Positions 1-10,221 of a stretch of DNA of 64,000 bases are shown here, piece by piece; position 1 is the first letter of the stretch, and each line of letters opens with the position of its first letter. Location: assembly GCA_038046385.1 (NCBI GenBank), contig JBBSWH010000009.1, positions 32,001 to 96,000 on the forward strand. The letters are read 5' to 3'. Made by a program: the position numbers and the translations under genes. A model generated the notes under the pieces. The model made no database searches. It worked only from the letters and a program-made list of their open reading frames with translations, and had not been told where the DNA came from. This DNA is from Nanobdellota archaeon (GTDB lineage Archaea; Nanobdellota; Nanobdellia; Woesearchaeales; GW2011-AR4).

Positions 1-1
1 T

Positions 2-424
2 TCAAAGAAATATATATTTGTGATAATAACCAATCAATCAGGAATAGGCAGAGGAGTTTTCAAGGAAGAAGATTTTCAGAATTTTAACAATCATCTTATA
101 ACCACGCTAAAAAAAGAAGGCATTGAAATCAAAAAAACATACCACTGCCCGCACACTTCGGAGCAGGTATGTGAATGCAGGAAACCAAGCGCAAAATACA
201 TAAATGATGCTGCTGAAGAGTTTGGAATAGACATAAAAAAATCCTGGGTAATCGGAGACCACCTTCATGACTTGGAAATGGGGATAAACGCAGGATGCAG
301 AAGCGTGTATATGCTGACGGGGCACGGAAAAATGCACATAAATGACATAGAAAAAAGCAAAACAAAGCCTGATTTCACAGCAAATAATTTTTTGGAAGCT
401 GCAAATTTCATAATGGGGCAATAA
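2..424 (+). CDS. gmhB: D,D-heptose 1,7-bisphosphate phosphatase (HAD-IIIA), 5' end truncated by the window edge
   Basis: Frame open from base 2 (SKKYIFVIITNQSGIGRG). Zn-binding CPH...CECRKP and GD motifs of GmhB/HisB-N. Adjacent to a heptose adenylyltransferase. Confidence 0.85.
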   Translation, partial: SKKYIFVIITNQSGIGRGVFKEEDFQNFNNHLITTLKKEGIEIKKTYHCPHTSEQVCECRKPSAKYINDAAEEFGIDIKKSWVIGDHLHDLEMGINAGCRSVYMLTGHGKMHINDIEKSKTKPDFTANNFLEAANFIMGQ

Positions 425-425
425 A

Positions 426-917
426 ATGGCAATAAAAAACAAAATAGTAAAAATCAATGAACTTAAAAAGATAGCTGAAAGGCTGAAAAAACAGAAAAAG
501 AAAATAGTGACAACCAACGGCGTTTTTGACATACTGCATTACGGCCACGTGAGCTATCTTGAAGAGGCGAAGGCGCTTGGAGATGTTCTTATAGTTGGCG
601 TGAATTCAGACGCTTCTGTAAAAACAAATAAAGGAGACAAAAGGCCGATAAACGATGAAAAATCAAGATTAAGCATAATTGCTGCACTGCAGAGCGTTGA
701 TTATGCTGTTCTTTTTAATGATAAAGACCCCAGGAAACTTCTTTCCCTCATCAAGCCCGATTTTCATGTCAAGGCAGGAGACTACAAGCCAAGCCAGATA
801 ATAGAAAAAGGAATCGTTGAGAAGAACGGAGGAAAAATAGTAATAGCAAAGGCGCACAGGCCGTATTCAACAACTTCAATAATAGCCAAAATTCTTAATG
901 CATATAAAAAACAATAA
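426..917 (+). CDS. rfaE2: D-glycero-beta-D-manno-heptose 1-phosphate adenylyltransferase (RfaE domain II, cytidylyltransferase-like)
   Basis: [12 protein letters not shown] (HxGH), [19 protein letters not shown] and YSTT motifs. Confidence 0.85.
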   Translation: MAIKNKIVKINELKKIAERLKKQKKKIVTTNGVFDILHYGHVSYLEEAKALGDVLIVGVNSDASVKTNKGDKRPINDEKSRLSIIAALQSVDYAVLFNDKDPRKLLSLIKPDFHVKAGDYKPSQIIEKGIVEKNGGKIVIAKAHRPYSTTSIIAKILNAYKKQ

Positions 918-948
918 TTTTTTAAAGAATTTTCCAAAATCATCCTTA

Positions 949-1644
949 ATGAAGCTTTCAATCATAATTCCGGCTTATAATGAGGAAAAAACTATATCAA
1001 AAATAATATCAAAAGTCAAAAAATCAAATTCTTTAGGGCTTTCAAAAGAGATAATAGTTGTTGATGATTATTCTACAGACAATACAGGAAGAATACTAAG
1101 AAAATTGAATGACAGGTCAATAATAACCGTTTACCATGCCAAAAATATGGGGAAAGGGGCAGCAATAAGAACCGGCTTATTGCGAGCAACAGGCGACGTT
1201 ATTCTTATACAAGATGCCGACATGGAGTATGACCCGAAAGAATACCCAAAACTGCTTAAGCCGATATTAAGCGGAGAGGCAAAAGTCGTTTACGGCTCAA
1301 GGTTTGAGAAAATAAGCAAAAATCTCAAAAATATGTACAAGCTGCACTACTTTGGAAACATATTCCTGACAATCGCAACAAATGTCCTGTATGGAGTTAG
1401 AATAAAGGATATGGAAACCGGGTACAAGGTTTTCAGAAAAGAAGCAATAAAAAACATAAATCTGCGCGCAAGAAGATTTGACTTTGAGCCGGAGATAACG
1501 GCAAAACTTATTAAGAATGGATACAAGATCAGGGAAGTTCCGATAGATTTCAGGGCAAGGAAATTTGAGGAAGGCAAAAAAATAACATGGAAAGACGGCA
1601 TTAAGGCCATGTTTTATCTTGTAAGGTACAGATTTTCGGATTGA
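949..1644 (+). CDS. GT2 glycosyltransferase, polyprenol-phosphate sugar synthase (DPM1-like)
   Basis: [38 protein letters not shown] and GKKI.WKDG motifs. Start moved to ATG 949, which follows a TATA-like TTTTTTAAAG at about 918-927. Confidence 0.9.
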   Translation: MKLSIIIPAYNEEKTISKIISKVKKSNSLGLSKEIIVVDDYSTDNTGRILRKLNDRSIITVYHAKNMGKGAAIRTGLLRATGDVILIQDADMEYDPKEYPKLLKPILSGEAKVVYGSRFEKISKNLKNMYKLHYFGNIFLTIATNVLYGVRIKDMETGYKVFRKEAIKNINLRARRFDFEPEITAKLIKNGYKIREVPIDFRARKFEEGKKITWKDGIKAMFYLVRYRFSD

Positions 1645-1708
1645 AATTGTTTTATAGAATACACAACACCGAAGCATTTTTAAACGCTTTTTATTTATTC
1701 ACCCACAA

Positions 1709-4261
1709 ATGAAAATCAAGATTATTCATATTATTCTTGCAATTTATCTTACAGCCATCTCAATAGTTACAAAAAACGCAAAACTTGCCCCGTGGGTATT
1801 TTTAATAATAACCTTTGTAATTTTCTATTTTCTGGGAAAAAATAAGGTATTCACTTCAATTGAAAATCTGCTGTACATCTTAATTGCGCTGACCCCTTTT
1901 TTGCATCTGCTGCTGTTATTTATTATATATCTTCCATTCGCTGTATTCGGGCTCCTGACACACAAAAAAAGTTTCCTGAAGAACTATATTTTTGGATTTG
2001 GAATATCCTACATTCCGTCTATATTTATCTATCTCATATCTACCTACCTTTCAATCCCGTTAAATCTTATCTCCATACTGGCTATTTTTTACATATTGCC
2101 GATAATGGGGATTTTTGCATTAAAGAAAATCCCGATAGAGGCTTTTGAGATAGACAATAAAGAAAGCATTTTCATTTTAATTATACTGTTTTTTACAATA
2201 TTCATAGCCATCGGAATAGTGGATAATGAAAGACTGTTCATCTCCAACAGTGTTAGGGAGTTTTCAAGGCTCCAGCCTGCTGTTGAGGGACTGGAATCCG
2301 ACGGTCTGATTCCAATCTATAATCCAGGCACGGGGCAGGGGGATGCAACTTACTTATGGCTCCCTCCAGGGCATATTTCACATTTCTTCACATCAAATTT
2401 CCTGCTCAAAGATTTTTTCCCTAGCATCTTATTCTTTAATGCCTATTCTGTATTCATCTTGCTGCTCTCAACACTATCATTAGGCCTGCTTTTTGAGCCC
2501 ATCCTTAACAGGGATAAGTCAACTTTAAGCTGGCTGGCTATAACTTCCATATCCCTTATTGTAGGGCTTAATTTTTATTTCATCCAGAAATTAGAGTCCA
2601 TCAAGGAGTTCTCCGCATTTCCGCTTGCTTATTTAACATTAAGCATGATTCTTTACAATCCTAAAAAATTCAATGATTTTTTCTTTTTGATGTTTTTTTC
2701 CCTAATTTTAATTACAATACATTCTGCATACGGAACTGAGATTATTGTGCTTTCCTTTTGGCTGTTTTTATTCACAAAAATTTATTATGTAAGGGACAGA
2801 AGCGAACCAAAACTTTTTTTTAAATGGGCCATCTCCAATAAAATCAGGATTTTGGCTACCCTAGCAATAATATCGCTATTGCCTCTTTTTTACATCTTAA
2901 ACGGGGTTATCTACAAGGATTTTATCGTAGCCTCTCAGGAAGACAGCTTTAGCATTCTCGGCATAAAAGAAAATTTTATCGGATACACTAAGAATTACTA
3001 TGAGGATCATCTGCATTTCCTTTCCTTGAGTTACCCGGATGTCACCAGAAATGATGACCATAAAAGCGGTTTTTTCCCTTTAGTTTTAGGCACGATGTCT
3101 CTTTTTTTCTTAATTATCATGTATAAGCGAAGCGACACAAAAAATTTCAGAATATTTGCATTTGCAGCTTTATTTCAGGTATTAACTTTTGCATTGTTTT
3201 TAAATAAATACAGCTACCGTTTCGGAGGGCTTTTCAGGACAGCCAAGCCGCTTTTGATTATCCTGTTAGGGGCATCTATTCTTGTTTTCATGTACTCGTT
3301 TAAAAATAAATATTTAAAGGCAGTTTTCATAGCGATTACGTTTGCTGCATTCCTGCATACGGTCCCTTACGCTAAAGATAACCTCAGCAACATCCACCGG
3401 GAATTTTTTATGAGCGGAACTGTATATCAAGACGAAATGAATTTTATCAGCCTGCTGCCTAAAGACGGGAGGATAATAACTTATGGCGTCTTTGGCAATG
3501 CAATAGATTATGGCGGAAACCAGCTCACCGGCAGATACTTCTCCAGAGAAGACTGGGAAGTATTTGAATACCATAACAGAAATATATACAACACAAAAAT
3601 ACACAGTGCAAATTCATTTGGCCAGGCTGATATTGTCTTCAATAAATCCGCTGTAGAACTTCATAATTATCTAAGGCTCGGGGGCTATGGATATATTTTT
3701 GCAAATGTGTGCCATCCGGCCGGCAATTTTATAGCCAGCAGACTTTATCCTGATTTTTCCCGGGTTATTTACCAAAACCAGCAGAATAAGTGCATGGTAA
3801 TATTTACCGTTAACGGCGTTAATTATATCGAAAAAGTAAACATCTTAAAAGATGTGAACGACGATGTATACAAGAGCAGAGACGGGTATAAATATTTCAC
3901 GCTAAACAAGCACTATGATTTTGGAGATGATATTCCTTATTCCACAAAAGCTGCAGAACCAGCCGGACTCAATTTCACAAGGGACAAACCTGCAGAAGTC
4001 AAAATTTATGGGAATTTCAACGACAATGAATGGGTATCCTTTAAGGAAACTTATTGGCCAAGATGGAAAGCGTACATGAATAACAATGAAGTGCCGATTT
4101 ATGCCGACAATAACGAGCAAATCCTGATTAGGACAGTTAAAGGAAACAGCCTGCTTCTCAAATATTCCATTCTTCCGATTGAAAAAAATTTTGGTATTTT
4201 ATCGGCTATTGGATTTTTAGGCTTGAGCGTCTTTTTGCTGCTCCTGCTGAAAAAACAATAA
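1709..4261 (+). CDS. Large polytopic membrane protein, GT-C-like, with a YfhO-like C-terminal domain
   Basis: 850 aa with many TM helices, a luminal loop containing YLWLPPG, and C-terminal ETYWPRWKAY followed by a final TM helix, as in YfhO-type proteins. Confidence 0.6.
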   Translation: MKIKIIHIILAIYLTAISIVTKNAKLAPWVFLIITFVIFYFLGKNKVFTSIENLLYILIALTPFLHLLLLFIIYLPFAVFGLLTHKKSFLKNYIFGFGISYIPSIFIYLISTYLSIPLNLISILAIFYILPIMGIFALKKIPIEAFEIDNKESIFILIILFFTIFIAIGIVDNERLFISNSVREFSRLQPAVEGLESDGLIPIYNPGTGQGDATYLWLPPGHISHFFTSNFLLKDFFPSILFFNAYSVFILLLSTLSLGLLFEPILNRDKSTLSWLAITSISLIVGLNFYFIQKLESIKEFSAFPLAYLTLSMILYNPKKFNDFFFLMFFSLILITIHSAYGTEIIVLSFWLFLFTKIYYVRDRSEPKLFFKWAISNKIRILATLAIISLLPLFYILNGVIYKDFIVASQEDSFSILGIKENFIGYTKNYYEDHLHFLSLSYPDVTRNDDHKSGFFPLVLGTMSLFFLIIMYKRSDTKNFRIFAFAALFQVLTFALFLNKYSYRFGGLFRTAKPLLIILLGASILVFMYSFKNKYLKAVFIAITFAAFLHTVPYAKDNLSNIHREFFMSGTVYQDEMNFISLLPKDGRIITYGVFGNAIDYGGNQLTGRYFSREDWEVFEYHNRNIYNTKIHSANSFGQADIVFNKSAVELHNYLRLGGYGYIFANVCHPAGNFIASRLYPDFSRVIYQNQQNKCMVIFTVNGVNYIEKVNILKDVNDDVYKSRDGYKYFTLNKHYDFGDDIPYSTKAAEPAGLNFTRDKPAEVKIYGNFNDNEWVSFKETYWPRWKAYMNNNEVPIYADNNEQILIRTVKGNSLLLKYSILPIEKNFGILSAIGFLGLSVFLLLLLKKQ

Positions 4262-4292
4262 TCTTTTAAAGATTTTAGTTTTTTTGATTCTT

Positions 4293-4985
4293 ATGGTTAA
4301 ACTCTCAATACTGATTCCGGCTTATAATGAAGAGAAAACAATAGGCATGATTCTGGATAAAGTCAAGGGAGTCAAGCTTAATGGAATAACCAAAGAGATA
4401 ATTGTAGTTGACAATGCATCTACCGACAAAACATTTGACATTCTAAAAAAATATTCACGAAAAGGCGTAAAGGTCATAAGGCACAGTAAGAACATGGGCA
4501 AAGGGACGTCCATAAGAACCGCTTTAAGCCACGCAACCGGCGACATAATCCTGGTGCAGGATGCGGACCTTGAGTATGATCCAAAAGACTATCCAAAGCT
4601 TATAAAACCAATAATAGAACACAAAGCAAAGGTTGTTTACGGCTCAAGGCTGCTTGGCAGGGACAATAAGTATACGAGATTTGCCTATTATGTCGGAGGA
4701 GTTTCTCTAACGAAATTTTTTAGCCTGCTGTACCAAAAAAATGTAAGCGACGTGTGCTGCGGCTATAAGGTATTCAGCTCCGATGTCATCAAAAACATCA
4801 GGCTCGAGTGCAAAGAATTTGAATTCGACTGCGAGGTTACTGCAAAAATTTCCAAAAAGGGAATCAGGGTATGCAATATCCCAATTTCTTACATTCCAAG
4901 ATCCAGGGAAGAAGGGAAAAAAATAAATTTTAATGATTGGATGAAGTCAGTTTATGTAATGCTGAAATACAGGTTTAAAAATTGA
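4293..4985 (+). CDS. GT2 glycosyltransferase (DPM1-like)
   Basis: LIPAYNEE, DNASTD, QDADLEYDP and REEGKKI motifs. Paralog of 949..1644 and 57639..58334. ATG 4293 follows TTTTAAA at 4264-4270. Confidence 0.9.
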   Translation: MVKLSILIPAYNEEKTIGMILDKVKGVKLNGITKEIIVVDNASTDKTFDILKKYSRKGVKVIRHSKNMGKGTSIRTALSHATGDIILVQDADLEYDPKDYPKLIKPIIEHKAKVVYGSRLLGRDNKYTRFAYYVGGVSLTKFFSLLYQKNVSDVCCGYKVFSSDVIKNIRLECKEFEFDCEVTAKISKKGIRVCNIPISYIPRSREEGKKINFNDWMKSVYVMLKYRFKN

Positions 4986-7330
4986 CTCATTTTAACGAAA
5001 TGTTTTCAAAAATAAAAGCCAGAACAATTGAAAATAAAAATGACATTTTTGCCCTTTTGGCAATATTCATAATTTCCATTTTCTTTTTTCACAATTTTCT
5101 TGGAGCAGAAACCCTGATGCTTAACGGGCATTACCTTCATGAGCAGACATTTTTCAGCTATAATTACCTAGCCGCACACGAAAAAGGAGCATTGCCTTTC
5201 TGGACACCGTATTGGTACAGCGGACAGCCGTTTTTTGCGGACAGCCAGGTTTTTTTCCTTAACTTAACCCACATTTTCATAATTTTGTTCGGAAACATTT
5301 TCCTGTCGATAAACCTGTCGTCGCTGATTTATTTTTTTATCAGCGGCGCCGGAATGTATTTCCTTGTAAGGCATTTGACAAATTACAGGAGCGCAGCATT
5401 TGTATCGGCAATAATATACATGTTCAACGGGCTTATAAACGGATTTATTGTTTCCGGAAACCCAAGCATACTGGAGCCATATTCACTTATCCCTTTTATC
5501 TTTCTTTCAATAATCAAGGCAAAGAAAGCGCAGAACCCTATAAATTACTCCATAATTGCAGGAACACTGCTGGCATTTCAGGTGTTTTCAGGCGGAGCGC
5601 TGATGCTCGTTTATACTTTCCTGATTATATTCCCTTATCTTGCATTTGATGCGATAAGCCAAGGCATTAAATCCAAAATAGCAAAATCTGCGATTATAGC
5701 ATGCACCATGGTTCTGATATTATTCGGATTATCTGCTGTAAAACTTCTTCCAAATATGGATTTTATAAAAGAGACTAACAGGTCAAATGGATTGTCTTAT
5801 CAGGAATACCTTGGAGAAGATGTTTTTGTTTTCAAGGACTTTTTCAAAATTTTTGTGCTCACAGGCTACACATCAAGCCTTAAAATACATCTGGGTTTTG
5901 CTGCCTTTATACTTGTCATATCCTCATTTTTTTTCATAAGAAAAAGGATAGTGCTTTATTTTTTATCCCTGTCAGTTTTCCTTGCCATTCTTGCCAGCGG
6001 CGGCTTTCTGGCAGAGATATTCTTCAAGTATGTGCCTGAATTTTCAAAGACAAGGCATATTGCAAGGGTTCTTTTTGCCGTGGCATTTTCAGCTTCAATT
6101 CTTGCAGGATATGGGTTTCTTTTTATTTCAAACTTTATCAAAGGCAAATTCAAATTTAATGGCTTTACAAAGAAAACCCTCTTTTTTATCTTATGTATCA
6201 TAATTCTTGTTGAATTGATTATTCCCAACGGAATTCCAAATGGATTCAACATAAACAACGAGCTTGAGCAGAATGAGCTTGCAAAATATCTGCAGCAGGA
6301 GCGGGAAAAAACACCTTTTAGGATAACAACTTTTGATATAGATGACATAATATCCTTCTACGGCAGCAGCTATTACGCCCAATACGGGCTTGAGACTCTT
6401 TCTGGAGGGGGGGGCTTATGGATTGACGATTTCGTAAGGTACCTTTCCATAGCAAAAAACACAAACAAATCCAAACTACTCGGAATACTGAATTTAAAAT
6501 ATGCAACATCAACAAAAGAAGCTGATTTTTTAGGATTTAGCGAAGCAAAAAAATTCAATGAATGCGCGCCATGCAAGGAAAATGACTGGACAAGCTGGAT
6601 AGGCGGCCCATATCTCTATGAAAACAAAAATTTTCTGCCAAGATATTATTTTGTCAACAATTCAATATTAATAGTGGGGGACATGAATCAAGCCCGAGAT
6701 ATAACCTACAATTTGCTCCTCAGCAGAAAATTTGACCCCAAAAAAGCGATAATAGTGCAAGGAAACGGAAAAATAAGCGATTATAATGTAGAACTGCTAA
6801 AAAAATTCAATGCAATAGTGCTGCTTCAGGGGTCTGTAGATTCAAACTCCCTCCCTATCCTGGATCAGTACAAAAAATCAGGAGGAAAAATATTTCCAGA
6901 TATACTTGAAAATAAAAATTCAGTTGAAACTTCAGAAATTGAAAACCTTATGGAATCATTCAAGGGAGAAGTCAAAGAAGTGGAATTCAATTCAATATCG
7001 CCAAACGAGATAGAACTGCATCCAAAAAACAAGGGATTCCTAGTAATGAGCGAAAAATATTCACTTTTTGATGAATGGCGCGCAACTAAAGACGGCCAAA
7101 ATGTAGAAATTCTGAGGGCAGACAATGTTATAAGCGCAGTTTATGCGGATGGGCCAGGGGCAATTAATTTTAAATTCACACCTAAATCATTTTGGAAAGG
7201 CGCAATAATCTCCATGGCAACTGCAATTCTGATTGCCGCATATTTTATATCTCATTTCATAATAACCAACAGGAGAAAAAATAAATCCAGAGTCAACGCT
7301 CTGCAACAAGCACGCCCTGATAATCCTTGA
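4982..7330 (+). CDS. YfhO-family / GT-C membrane glycosyltransferase
   Basis: LPFWTPYWYSGQPFFAD N-terminal loop, many TM helices, LPRYYFV, and C-terminal SPNEIEL...LVMSEKY...WRA...LRAD plus TM. The true start may be ATG 5000. Confidence 0.75.
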   Translation: MTHFNEMFSKIKARTIENKNDIFALLAIFIISIFFFHNFLGAETLMLNGHYLHEQTFFSYNYLAAHEKGALPFWTPYWYSGQPFFADSQVFFLNLTHIFIILFGNIFLSINLSSLIYFFISGAGMYFLVRHLTNYRSAAFVSAIIYMFNGLINGFIVSGNPSILEPYSLIPFIFLSIIKAKKAQNPINYSIIAGTLLAFQVFSGGALMLVYTFLIIFPYLAFDAISQGIKSKIAKSAIIACTMVLILFGLSAVKLLPNMDFIKETNRSNGLSYQEYLGEDVFVFKDFFKIFVLTGYTSSLKIHLGFAAFILVISSFFFIRKRIVLYFLSLSVFLAILASGGFLAEIFFKYVPEFSKTRHIARVLFAVAFSASILAGYGFLFISNFIKGKFKFNGFTKKTLFFILCIIILVELIIPNGIPNGFNINNELEQNELAKYLQQEREKTPFRITTFDIDDIISFYGSSYYAQYGLETLSGGGGLWIDDFVRYLSIAKNTNKSKLLGILNLKYATSTKEADFLGFSEAKKFNECAPCKENDWTSWIGGPYLYENKNFLPRYYFVNNSILIVGDMNQARDITYNLLLSRKFDPKKAIIVQGNGKISDYNVELLKKFNAIVLLQGSVDSNSLPILDQYKKSGGKIFPDILENKNSVETSEIENLMESFKGEVKEVEFNSISPNEIELHPKNKGFLVMSEKYSLFDEWRATKDGQNVEILRADNVISAVYADGPGAINFKFTPKSFWKGAIISMATAILIAAYFISHFIITNRRKNKSRVNALQQARPDNP

Positions 7331-8105
7331 CTTTTTTTATAGTGCAGGAAAATCCTGCTTTCTTCAGATACTTTAAAAGATTATCAAGATTAAGTTTCTT
7401 GTTTTTGATTCCAAAATAGTCTGGATTATGGTACTCAATAACCATCTTTTTTATTTTTTTGAGGATTTTCAGAGGAGTATTGAGCAGTATGTTATATTCA
7501 GCACCTTCACAGTCCATCTTAAGAAAATCGCAGTTTTTTATGCTGTTTTCAGTGAAAATTTTCTGAAGAGACACTGATGATATCTCAACTGAGCGCCCTT
7601 TGTTGTCATAAATCGTATTAAGGGCAGAATTAATCGGATTAATGTATATCCTGACCGGCTTACTGCCAGAAGTAACTGCTTTGTTGAATATTATTATATT
7701 TCCGGATTGGTTTAATTCTATATTTTTCTTCAGGACAGCGTAAGTTGAAGGAGACGGCTCAAACGAATAGATTTTGCATTTTGGGCATTTTTTGGAAGCA
7801 AAAAGAGAAAACGAGCCCAAATGCGCGCCGACATCAATTATGGATCCATTTTTATTGCTAAGGCTGTTTATCTTGTAGTCATCACGGACAATGCACTCAT
7901 AAATCATTGATATATCGGTGGCCTTTGAAAATATATTTCCGGTCCTTACAACGAGCTTTATCTCTTTGACATTTATTATAGTCTCTTTATCGAAGGTTGT
8001 CCAGAAATGCAGCCATTCTTGAAACGTCCAGACGGATGCAAGATAAGCAGAGACTTTTATGACTTCATAAGCCCTTACAATGTTACGGTAAAATTTTGCA
8101 AGCAT
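7293..8105 (-). CDS. FkbM-family methyltransferase
   Basis: IIDVGAHLGSFS, YSFEPSP and LKMDCEGAEY motifs. Confidence 0.9.
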   Translation of the reverse strand: MLAKFYRNIVRAYEVIKVSAYLASVWTFQEWLHFWTTFDKETIINVKEIKLVVRTGNIFSKATDISMIYECIVRDDYKINSLSNKNGSIIDVGAHLGSFSLFASKKCPKCKIYSFEPSPSTYAVLKKNIELNQSGNIIIFNKAVTSGSKPVRIYINPINSALNTIYDNKGRSVEISSVSLQKIFTENSIKNCDFLKMDCEGAEYNILLNTPLKILKKIKKMVIEYHNPDYFGIKNKKLNLDNLLKYLKKAGFSCTIKKVKDYQGVLVAER

Positions 8106-8204
8106 TTAATCATGTTAAACAGTCCAATTTATTAAATTTTTTATTGTTATGCGGCAAAACAGCGTTTGGAAAATTTAATAAACAGGCAAATGCCACATTG
8201 GAAA

Positions 8205-9839
8205 ATGAACATAGAAAAGCCGTACCTGCTGCTGTTTTTTGGCTTAATGCTTTTTCTTGGAGTCTCAAATCTTATGGACCATAGGGTTCAGCATGATTTT
8301 CCATATGCCTATCTGGCTTCAGATACATTCCAGCAGCAGACAAGGGCAGATGGGATAGCAGACGCAGGCAACTACAGGAATGAACCATTTTATATTGTCA
8401 AGGGTTTCAAGGATGTAGTGGGGTATTACCCTCCTTTGGTGCACCATCTTGGCGTCCTCTTGCATTTTACAACCGGCATTCCAGCATACGATACAGTCTA
8501 TTTTATGGTTTTTTTCAGTGCCATATTAGCGGCTTTTGTGATGTATATTATAATAAGGAGCTACAACAAGAATATTGCAATACTTTCTTTGCCGCTGTCA
8601 ATACTCATATTCTCCGATAAGTCTTATATAGGCTTCGTATGGGGCCACTGGGCATCAATAACCGGCCAGCTGTTCCTGCTTTGCATATTCTGGTCAATAA
8701 CAAGATTTGACATTGCAAAATCAGAAGCCCTTCTCGGGATATTCATGGGATCCCTTGCACTTGCTCACACTTCCGAATTAATTTACGGCATTGCTTTTGT
8801 CGGGCTTTATGGTGTTTGGCTTTTATCAAACAAAAAACTCAATACTAAATTTTTCAAAAAGACAATAATTGCTGCAGTAATTGCAATTGTTATATCGGCA
8901 TACAGCCTTTACATATTCTACAACAGTTTTATGGTTGTGAATCCCTATACATTCGAAGTATCAAAGTACTGGGGAGGGACGCCAATATTTGAAATAACAG
9001 ACTTCAGCTTGCTTTTGATTTTTATGGTTATAGGGCTGATAGCCGGCATTTTAATGATAAAAAAAATAGATGTTCCTGTGCTGGCAGGAATATTCATGCT
9101 GCTTGTAGGATACACAAATTATATCGGCTTTGGGATAAGGGCATTCCAGCCAAGGCTTTTCTGGCCGATTTATTTTTCAATTTTCCTTGGGATAGGGCTG
9201 CATACGCTGGTAAAATACATGCCATTCAATTCAAAGGCAATCCTTGCATTTTGCTTAAGCGCATTTTTTGTATTGGCAATTTCCAACACTATTTCAATAC
9301 CAAATATCCCGACATATTCAAAATTGTCAAACCCCGGGATTATGGACACTTGGCACTGGCAGATGTTTCAGTGGATAAGCAAAAATACAGATACAGATTC
9401 AAAAATATACTTTTTTTATGGAGACATTTACGGCCAGGATGCAATTCTCAGAAACTCCAAGAGGCTGCACGTTCAGGTCATACCTGATGACTTTATTGCG
9501 GCTCTTCAAAACAGGACAGTAAAAAGAGTGTACTGGACAGAAGCGCCAGCAGACCATGGTGCAGGATTCCCGCACTTCAGCCCGTTTCCAAAGATAAAAC
9601 TATATTTAAAAGAAGACACAGACTACTGGCTTTTGAAATCCCCAAATATAGACATATGCAAGTTTGACTATCTTGTATTTGACAGGGCGACAAGGCAGGA
9701 AGTGCTTGCGCAATACAACCTAGTCATAGCAAACCAGATGATGAAAAAAGATGCACAAGTGGTATTTCAGAACGAAGTTTCAATAATATTAAAAAATAAT
9801 AAGGTCAACGGCGACTGCATTGAAGAGGGGACTTTTTAG
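8205..9839 (+). CDS. GT-C-like polytopic membrane protein (paralog of 13831..15447 and 55753..57564)
   Basis: PYAYLASDTFQQ...YYPPLVHH luminal loop, VWGHW and many TM helices. Start chosen at ATG 8205, about 25 nt after TTTAATAA. Confidence 0.6.
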   Translation: MNIEKPYLLLFFGLMLFLGVSNLMDHRVQHDFPYAYLASDTFQQQTRADGIADAGNYRNEPFYIVKGFKDVVGYYPPLVHHLGVLLHFTTGIPAYDTVYFMVFFSAILAAFVMYIIIRSYNKNIAILSLPLSILIFSDKSYIGFVWGHWASITGQLFLLCIFWSITRFDIAKSEALLGIFMGSLALAHTSELIYGIAFVGLYGVWLLSNKKLNTKFFKKTIIAAVIAIVISAYSLYIFYNSFMVVNPYTFEVSKYWGGTPIFEITDFSLLLIFMVIGLIAGILMIKKIDVPVLAGIFMLLVGYTNYIGFGIRAFQPRLFWPIYFSIFLGIGLHTLVKYMPFNSKAILAFCLSAFFVLAISNTISIPNIPTYSKLSNPGIMDTWHWQMFQWISKNTDTDSKIYFFYGDIYGQDAILRNSKRLHVQVIPDDFIAALQNRTVKRVYWTEAPADHGAGFPHFSPFPKIKLYLKEDTDYWLLKSPNIDICKFDYLVFDRATRQEVLAQYNLVIANQMMKKDAQVVFQNEVSIILKNNKVNGDCIEEGTF

Positions 9840-9840
9840 A

Positions 9841-10221
9841 ATGAACGAAGAAACAATGAACAAACTGAAGAAAGAATCAGCTTACCTTGCAATCACATTT
9901 GCAGCATTCCTGATGATCTTTAAGATTGCTTTCTACAATGAAAGCGCTTTCAATGCCGTTAAAATAACTGCATCCATATTCTGGATGTTTGTGCTGCCTG
10001 GGTTCTTGATTATGTTTTACTGGCATGAAAACCTTGAATTCATCGAAAGGCTTGTGATAGGGACTGCACTCGGGCTTGGCATAATGGGGTCTGCAAGCTA
10101 TTACCTTGGGTTGATTGGCCTTAATATAAACCACCAAACCATACTGCTGCCGCTTAGCTTTATAGTGATAGGATTATTGACAAGCATCAGAAGTAAAAAT
10201 TTTAACAATCAGCAAAAATGA
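9841..10221 (+). CDS. Small multi-TM membrane protein (DUF1616-like), partner of the upstream GT-C-like gene
   Basis: FVLPGFLI...LEFIERLVIGTALGLG motif. 1-nt gap after the upstream stop; overlaps the downstream start. Confidence 0.6.
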   Translation: MNEETMNKLKKESAYLAITFAAFLMIFKIAFYNESAFNAVKITASIFWMFVLPGFLIMFYWHENLEFIERLVIGTALGLGIMGSASYYLGLIGLNINHQTILLPLSFIVIGLLTSIRSKNFNNQQK

